Shown here one piece after another: positions 58,673-64,000 of a stretch of DNA of 64,000 nt. The stretch is from Methanotrichaceae archaeon. GTDB lineage: Archaea; Halobacteriota; Methanosarcinia; Methanotrichales; Methanotrichaceae. The first letter of the stretch is position 1. Every line of letters begins with the position of its first letter. A program made the position numbers and the translations under genes. The notes under the pieces were generated by a model. That model was not told where the DNA came from. It was given only the letters and a program-made list of their open reading frames with translations, and made no database searches. Location: positions 224,001 to 288,000 of the forward strand of contig CAVVKN010000009.1 of NCBI GenBank assembly GCA_963748825.1, read 5' to 3'.

Positions 58673-60175
58673 TCAGTTAGGCGGCTCGCCTCTTTTCATT
58701 CTCTTCATGTACTTGCTGAGTACAAGGTCCGCCATCAGGTTTATGCCCTTCAGGGCGGCGTGAACTGCCGGTCCTGCCGTCATCCTCTCCCGATAGATGC
58801 GGTGCAGTTTCTTGAGATGCCGCAGGTTATACTCCAGGCATAATCCAACCAGATGCCAGTGCTCGGGCAGGGCATCCTCTCTGGCAAAGCCTTTTCTTCC
58901 TCCTAGCTTTGTATCGGCGATTGTGGTGAAAAAGAGTGGCAGCATGAGTCCGGTGTAATCCATGAGGGACTCCACTAGCTCAGTGGTCTTTATGACATCC
59001 TCTGCCGTCTCGTCCGGCAGGCCCAGGACAAGGCTTGCCACAGGCAACCAGGACTCTTCCGCGAAAAGACGGTAGCAATCCCTTACAATTTCGGGCCAAT
59101 TGTCGATCTTCGCGGGCCGCGCTTTATTCGGCATATGCATCTTTAGGATGCGGCAGCTTCCCGTCTCGATGCCGATCCAGGCAGACATATGATTCTGAGA
59201 AGAGCCCACGCCTACGATCTGCGAGACCTTGCGTAAAAGTTGCTGATTTTGATGAACTGAAGCCAGGCTTAGATGGGAGACATCAATGGTCTTCGGACGG
59301 AGCTGCTTTACGCGGGACACCAGCTCCAGGATCTTCTTTTCATCGGGTTTGCCGTCACGGTAACCGTAGGAGAAGAAATCCTCGCTGTGCAGGATGATGT
59401 CCTTCTGGCCGCTGGCCAGGTTCACCCTAACGTCATCCAGAATTTTATCCATTGGCCGGTGGCGCAAGGTGCGCATGGCCGGTGAGCAGAAGGCGCAGCC
59501 TCGCCAGCAGCCTCTGCCGATCTCCACAATGCCGCCGATGGTAGCTTTGCGATTGACAGGAATTGCCTCTCCCAAAACCGCTCTGCCCCGGATAACGGGC
59601 GGGACACTCTCTCCGCCAATAATCTTTCTGCATATCTCAGGAAAATCGCTTTCCCCTTCGCCAAGGTAAATGTGGTCCACGCCCACGTCCTCGCCCATCA
59701 CCTCCCAGGCGCCGTTGCCACCTACTACTACCTTTGGCCTGTGCTCTCTAATGAGGGGGTGCTTGAGAAGTTCCAGAAACTTGGTGCGATTGAAGGGCGG
59801 TCCCCGGCCGATGATATCCTCGACCTCTCGCATGGCGATCTTCCCCATGGGATCGTCATGAGTTATGCCCACGATCTTCGTCTGCGGTCCGATGGCCTTG
59901 TCCAGATGATAGGGATGGGCCACCATTACATCCTCTCGGGAGAAGCCTGCTTCCAGCAATGCCGCTTCTACCTTTCGCATGCCGCAAGGTGCGATCTCTG
60001 CCGAGCCATCCTTTGCGACAGGCACGGGCGGGCAGAAAAATTTATGGAAAATCCAGTCAGGCAAAGTTGCCCTGGGCATGATGGCGGCAAAGCCGAGCAT
60101 CACTCCGCCGTGATAGCTGCTCATCATGGTGGTGTCGCTTGTGAGAACGATTCTCTTGCCAGGCATCTGTGGCAT
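58673..60175 (-). CDS. Radical SAM protein with N-terminal B12-binding-like domain
   Basis: APCGMRKVEAAL, VVGG.G, GEGE, EIGRGCWRGCAFC, IGIETGS. Confidence 0.88.
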   Translation of the reverse strand: MPQMPGKRIVLTSDTTMMSSYHGGVMLGFAAIMPRATLPDWIFHKFFCPPVPVAKDGSAEIAPCGMRKVEAALLEAGFSREDVMVAHPYHLDKAIGPQTKIVGITHDDPMGKIAMREVEDIIGRGPPFNRTKFLELLKHPLIREHRPKVVVGGNGAWEVMGEDVGVDHIYLGEGESDFPEICRKIIGGESVPPVIRGRAVLGEAIPVNRKATIGGIVEIGRGCWRGCAFCSPAMRTLRHRPMDKILDDVRVNLASGQKDIILHSEDFFSYGYRDGKPDEKKILELVSRVKQLRPKTIDVSHLSLASVHQNQQLLRKVSQIVGVGSSQNHMSAWIGIETGSCRILKMHMPNKARPAKIDNWPEIVRDCYRLFAEESWLPVASLVLGLPDETAEDVIKTTELVESLMDYTGLMLPLFFTTIADTKLGGRKGFAREDALPEHWHLVGLCLEYNLRHLKKLHRIYRERMTAGPAVHAALKGINLMADLVLSKYMKRMKRGEPPN

Positions 60176-60246
60176 AGGTTTTTGTCCATCCCAGTTAAGG
60201 CAGATAACGTTGTTGGACAGGAAAAGCCCAACAAGTTTTTATCGGA

Positions 60247-61770
60247 TTGCCGACTTTTGGGAAATTCGTGCAAGAGAAGTCGTTAGCGGATATCAACGAA
60301 CGCATTCGCGACGGGAGCGCCCGCGTCGTAACGGCAGAGGAGATGCCTGACATTGTGGACGAGCTGGGCCTTGCCGGAGCCGTGCGCGAGGTGGATGTAG
60401 TAACCACTGGGACCTTTGGAGCCATGTGCTCCTCAGGAGTATTTCTCAATCTGGGCCATAGCGACCCGCCCATAAAAATTTCTAAAGCTCTACTCAATAA
60501 AGTAGAAGCCTACGGCGGTATAGCCGCTGTCGATCTATTCTTAGGCGCGACGCAGCCCTCCGAGGACAGAGGAATAGAGTACGGCGGAGCGCATGTCATG
60601 GAAGATCTCATTTCTGGAAAGCAGATAGAGGTGGACGCCATTGGTGCAAGCACAGACTGCTATCCTCAGACGGAGCTGGAGACCAGCCTGCGCCTGGAGG
60701 ATTTCAATCAGGCCATCATGGTCAATCCGCGCAACGCTTACCAGCGTTACAACGCTGCCATCAATTCCGCCGACCAGACCATGTATACCTACATGGGCAC
60801 ACTGCTTCCCCGCTTTGGCAATATTCATTACAGCGGATCGGGTATTCTCTCCCCGCTATCCAATGATCCCAACTTCGATTACATTGGAATCGGTACGCGC
60901 ATCTTTCTGGCCGGAGCGCAGGGCTACGTCATGGGAGCGGGCACGCAGCATAATCCCCAGAATAACTTCTCCACGCTCATGGTCACGGGCGACATGAAAA
61001 AGATGAATAACCACTTTCTGAGAGCGGCGACATTTCATAAATACGGCCCCAGCCTCTACCTGGGAATAGGCATTCCCATACCAATCCTCAATGAGAAGCT
61101 GGCCAAGAGCACAGCCGTGCGGGATAGAGACATCACCGTTCCTGTGGTGGACTATGGCATCGCTCGCCGGGATCGGCCCTCGTTGAAGATGGTAAGCTAC
61201 GAGGATCTGAAGTCGGGAATGATCGATATCAATGGAAAAGAGGTCTCTACGTCCTCACTCTCCAGTTTCCATGTGGCCAGGGAAGTGGCCCTCACTTTAA
61301 AGCAGCAGGTGGAGAAGGGCGAGTTTCTGCTAAGCTCTGCCGTGGAGCCACTATCACGCGTTGGCAGTTCCCGGCCCATGAAGCAGACCAAGGAATCGCC
61401 AAACGTGGGAGACGTCATGAGTCGCGACGTGGTCACGGTTCGGGAGGACATCGGGGTAGATGAAGCGGCCAGGCTGATTGTGAGCGGAAGCTTCGATCAC
61501 CTGCCGGTGATCTCCAGGGATGGACGGCTGATGGGCATAATCACTGCCTGGGATATCTCCAAGGCCGTTGCAGGTGGCAAATCCTCTCGCATTGGAGATA
61601 TCATGACCCGGCGAGTTTATTCTGTTAAAGCGGATGAGCCCATCGAACTCGCTGCTCGCACCTTTGATACGCACAGCATCTCAGCAATGCCGGTGGTAGA
61701 CAGAGACAACAAGGTAATTGGAATGATCACCAGCAATCACCTTTCCCGGCTCTTCGCACGGAGGCGATAG
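60247..61770 (+). CDS. L-aspartate semialdehyde sulfurtransferase (DUF39 plus CBS pair; homocysteine synthesis)
   Basis: VDVVTTGTFGAMCSSG, NPRNAYQ, TYMG.LLP; C-terminal CBS tandem. Confidence 0.9.
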   Translation: MPTFGKFVQEKSLADINERIRDGSARVVTAEEMPDIVDELGLAGAVREVDVVTTGTFGAMCSSGVFLNLGHSDPPIKISKALLNKVEAYGGIAAVDLFLGATQPSEDRGIEYGGAHVMEDLISGKQIEVDAIGASTDCYPQTELETSLRLEDFNQAIMVNPRNAYQRYNAAINSADQTMYTYMGTLLPRFGNIHYSGSGILSPLSNDPNFDYIGIGTRIFLAGAQGYVMGAGTQHNPQNNFSTLMVTGDMKKMNNHFLRAATFHKYGPSLYLGIGIPIPILNEKLAKSTAVRDRDITVPVVDYGIARRDRPSLKMVSYEDLKSGMIDINGKEVSTSSLSSFHVAREVALTLKQQVEKGEFLLSSAVEPLSRVGSSRPMKQTKESPNVGDVMSRDVVTVREDIGVDEAARLIVSGSFDHLPVISRDGRLMGIITAWDISKAVAGGKSSRIGDIMTRRVYSVKADEPIELAARTFDTHSISAMPVVDRDNKVIGMITSNHLSRLFARRR

Positions 61771-61773
61771 AAC

Positions 61774-62160
61774 ATGAAACTCATGCTGCATGTAGCTCCC
61801 AGCATTGTACGTTATCCTCTCATAGCCTCAGTCATCCTGGAGACGGGTGCTCTGGTGAACATCGAGAGAGCCAGCATCGATGCTGTGAGCGGAGAGATCG
61901 TCCTGGAAGTGCCTTCCGACAAATGCCTGGAGGTAAGGGAGGCATTCGAGAGGCGCGGGGTAAAAGTCGTGCCCCTGGAGATTCCCGTCATCAGGGATGA
62001 GAATGAGTGCGTGCATTGCGGGGCTTGTGTTTCCATTTGCCCAACGAAGACCTTCCGCTTCGAGGATTGGCGGGTCGTGGCCGACTCCGGCAAGTGCATT
62101 CAATGTGGAGCCTGCATCATGGGCTGCCCTCATCGCGCTTTGAAGCTGGTCTTGAAATAG
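61774..62160 (+). CDS. NIL-domain ferredoxin partner of the sulfurtransferase
   Basis: N-terminal NIL-like domain; CVHCGAC..ICP and CIQCGAC..GCP. Confidence 0.9.
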   Translation: MKLMLHVAPSIVRYPLIASVILETGALVNIERASIDAVSGEIVLEVPSDKCLEVREAFERRGVKVVPLEIPVIRDENECVHCGACVSICPTKTFRFEDWRVVADSGKCIQCGACIMGCPHRALKLVLK

Positions 62161-62664
62161 ACCTCCAACAGGCAGGCAAAGGTCGTGAACGTCAAAGCTC
62201 TCATTGAGCGCGCGGCCATTTTTTTGGCGAGTTGTTCGGTCGGTCGCCCTTGGCCGGGCCAAGCAGGGCTTTTCGTAATCAACTGCTCGATTTTATTATT
62301 TGTATAAATAAATATTTTGCTTTTAATTGATGTTTATAAGGGTGTAGGGGCACCATATATTATGCCAAATTTGTATTATATTAATATTAACTTTTGTGTG
62401 TTATGTTAATTTACTCCCTAAAGAAATCGGAGATTATATAAGTACGGACTGTTAATACTGATGAAATAGTCAGCTGTCATATTTAATGGCTTGTGGGGTA
62501 ATGGATGTTGTCCGATACCGATAGTCTTGCAAAAAGGAACGATCCGGGGCGCATTTCAAGCATAGATCTCCGCCCGAATTTCTTGGACACCTTTATCCTG
62601 ACCGGATTATTGAAATCTCCAGGTTTTCTCTCTTTTGCATCGATTTTCAAGAGGTGCGGATAAA

Positions 62665-64000
62665 ATGTCTGAGGACCGTATCCTCTCCTCTCTTGGGTCT
62701 TTGTCCAAGGTTCTCTCCCAGCCAGGAGGCTACGAGCCAAAGCGACTGCGCGGCCTCTCTTGCCAGGGGCCCGATCTCGTTTCTTCTCTCATTGAGGCCA
62801 TCCTCTGCTCCGATGAGGATCGGATGCAAAGGAATCTGGTCGAGCTGGCTGATTATCTCTCGGATAAGATCAGCTCTACTGCCTGGTTAAACCTGGGCCA
62901 GCTGGCAGCTAGCCTATTCTTTCGCCGCGCCGCCGAGGAGTATTTTGAGAAGAGCGCCCTTCTGGCCCAGGCGCAGGGAGACGGTGAGGGGGAGGCACAG
63001 GCCTGGTTATCTTTGGGCAGCCTCTGCAGTGATGATGAGGACTGGGATCGAGCCAGCCGGTTCTATGAGTTGGCTTTAGAGGCCCTTGATGAGGGCGAGA
63101 GCCCATCTCTTATATGCTCCGTCCTGATAAATTTAGGCAGGGCCAGTTGCCGGCAAGGAGAACTCCTAAAAGCGGAGCAGTGCTATTCCAGGGCTTTGCA
63201 TTTGCTTGATGGCGATGATCATTGCGGCCGGGCCGATGTGCTCTACTGCCTGGGAGAGCTCTGCCAGATAAAGGGCAACTATGCCGGGGCGGAGGAATGC
63301 TATCAAAAGAGCCTCTCCGAGGGGGAGAAGACCCAGGATCGGAAGGGGATGGCGGCATCGCTCGCTGCTCTCGCCTGTGTTTATCAGCTCACCGGGGCGG
63401 CAAGTAGAGTGGAAAGCTGCCTGGAAAAAGCCCGGCATCATCAGCAAGACATTGGCGACGAGTTGGCAGCGGCCAGGATGCGCTTTCAACTGGCTGATTT
63501 CTTTTTCCTGGAAGGCAGGCACAAAGAGGCTGCAGAGCATTACGAAAAGAGCCTGCCGGCCTTAGAAGAAGGCGACCGAACCCTGGCCGCCCGCGCTCAA
63601 AGTCGCATGGGACAATGCTTCCTGGATTTGGGCGACTACGTCCTTGCAGAGGATCATTTAAAGAGGGCCATAGAGATCATGCAGGATCAAGGCGACCTAT
63701 GTAACGTTGCTGATCTGCTCATAATGCTTGCCAGCAATTATCGCAGGCAGAATCGACTTGATGAGGCATTGCAATGCTCCCGGCAATGCCTGGAGATCAG
63801 AGAGCAGCAAAATGACCCCGGTGCAATTGCCGAAGCATATAGTTGCATGGGACTGATTCATGCCGACCGGCGCGAATACCGCCCTGGAAAAAATTGCTTT
63901 CAGAGGGCTGTAGATCTGCTTATGCAGAACGGAAAATGCTTGCCAGCGGCTGAGGCGCTCTCCAATTTGGGAAGCTTATGTCATATGAATGGTGAGCAGG
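62665..64000 (+). CDS. TPR-repeat protein, runs off the window end
   Basis: GAGGTG RBS, ATG 62665, open frame with repeats such as AWLSLG, LYCLGEL...AEECYQKSL; missing from the ORF track because no stop is in the window. Confidence 0.85.
   Translation, partial: MSEDRILSSLGSLSKVLSQPGGYEPKRLRGLSCQGPDLVSSLIEAILCSDEDRMQRNLVELADYLSDKISSTAWLNLGQLAASLFFRRAAEEYFEKSALLAQAQGDGEGEAQAWLSLGSLCSDDEDWDRASRFYELALEALDEGESPSLICSVLINLGRASCRQGELLKAEQCYSRALHLLDGDDHCGRADVLYCLGELCQIKGNYAGAEECYQKSLSEGEKTQDRKGMAASLAALACVYQLTGAASRVESCLEKARHHQQDIGDELAAARMRFQLADFFFLEGRHKEAAEHYEKSLPALEEGDRTLAARAQSRMGQCFLDLGDYVLAEDHLKRAIEIMQDQGDLCNVADLLIMLASNYRRQNRLDEALQCSRQCLEIREQQNDPGAIAEAYSCMGLIHADRREYRPGKNCFQRAVDLLMQNGKCLPAAEALSNLGSLCHMNGEQ

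Noticed and set aside
22000-62200. Numerous 60-280 aa ORFs overlapping or antisense to recognised genes
   Set aside because: Shadow frames expected from GC-rich codon usage; no independent signals
1-64000. CRISPR array or cas genes
   Set aside because: No regularly spaced 25-45 bp repeats with unique spacers and no cas motifs seen

Overview
Archaeal chromosomal window, most likely from a Methanothrix (Methanosaeta)-like methanogen. This is inferred from the MC1 chromatin protein, a tandem-duplicated Methanosarcinales-type S-layer protein with PGF-CTERM anchor, NrpR, iorAB and the DUF39-CBS/NIL-ferredoxin homocysteine pair. The first ~22 kb is accessory and partly decaying: secreted proteins, a broken IS21, a broken MNT-HEPN toxin-antitoxin pair, hcp/HxlR, a non-autonomous IS200/IS605-like element and several gene remnants. 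From 22 to 44 kb it is mostly housekeeping (psh, cyaB, valS, tsr3, ribBA, amrS, S-layer, deacetylase, cca, thpR, ilvD, a broken tnpB element, symporter, GGR, rps6e, nrpR, tRNA-Gln, tRNA-Glu). The most striking region is 44.0-51.0 kb. It holds three near-identical tandem copies of a secreted, Cys-rich, beta-strand-patterned protein and a promoterless fourth copy with a different variable loop. Two divergent homologues with the same motifs follow, then a fifth paralogue whose 3' end looks gene-converted. The three main copies sit behind structurally conserved long leaders. My best interpretation is a multi-subunit sheath/functional-amyloid (MspA-like) locus under concerted evolution; the MspA identity is inference and needs a homology search. 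No CRISPR array, rRNA or reverse transcriptase was seen.
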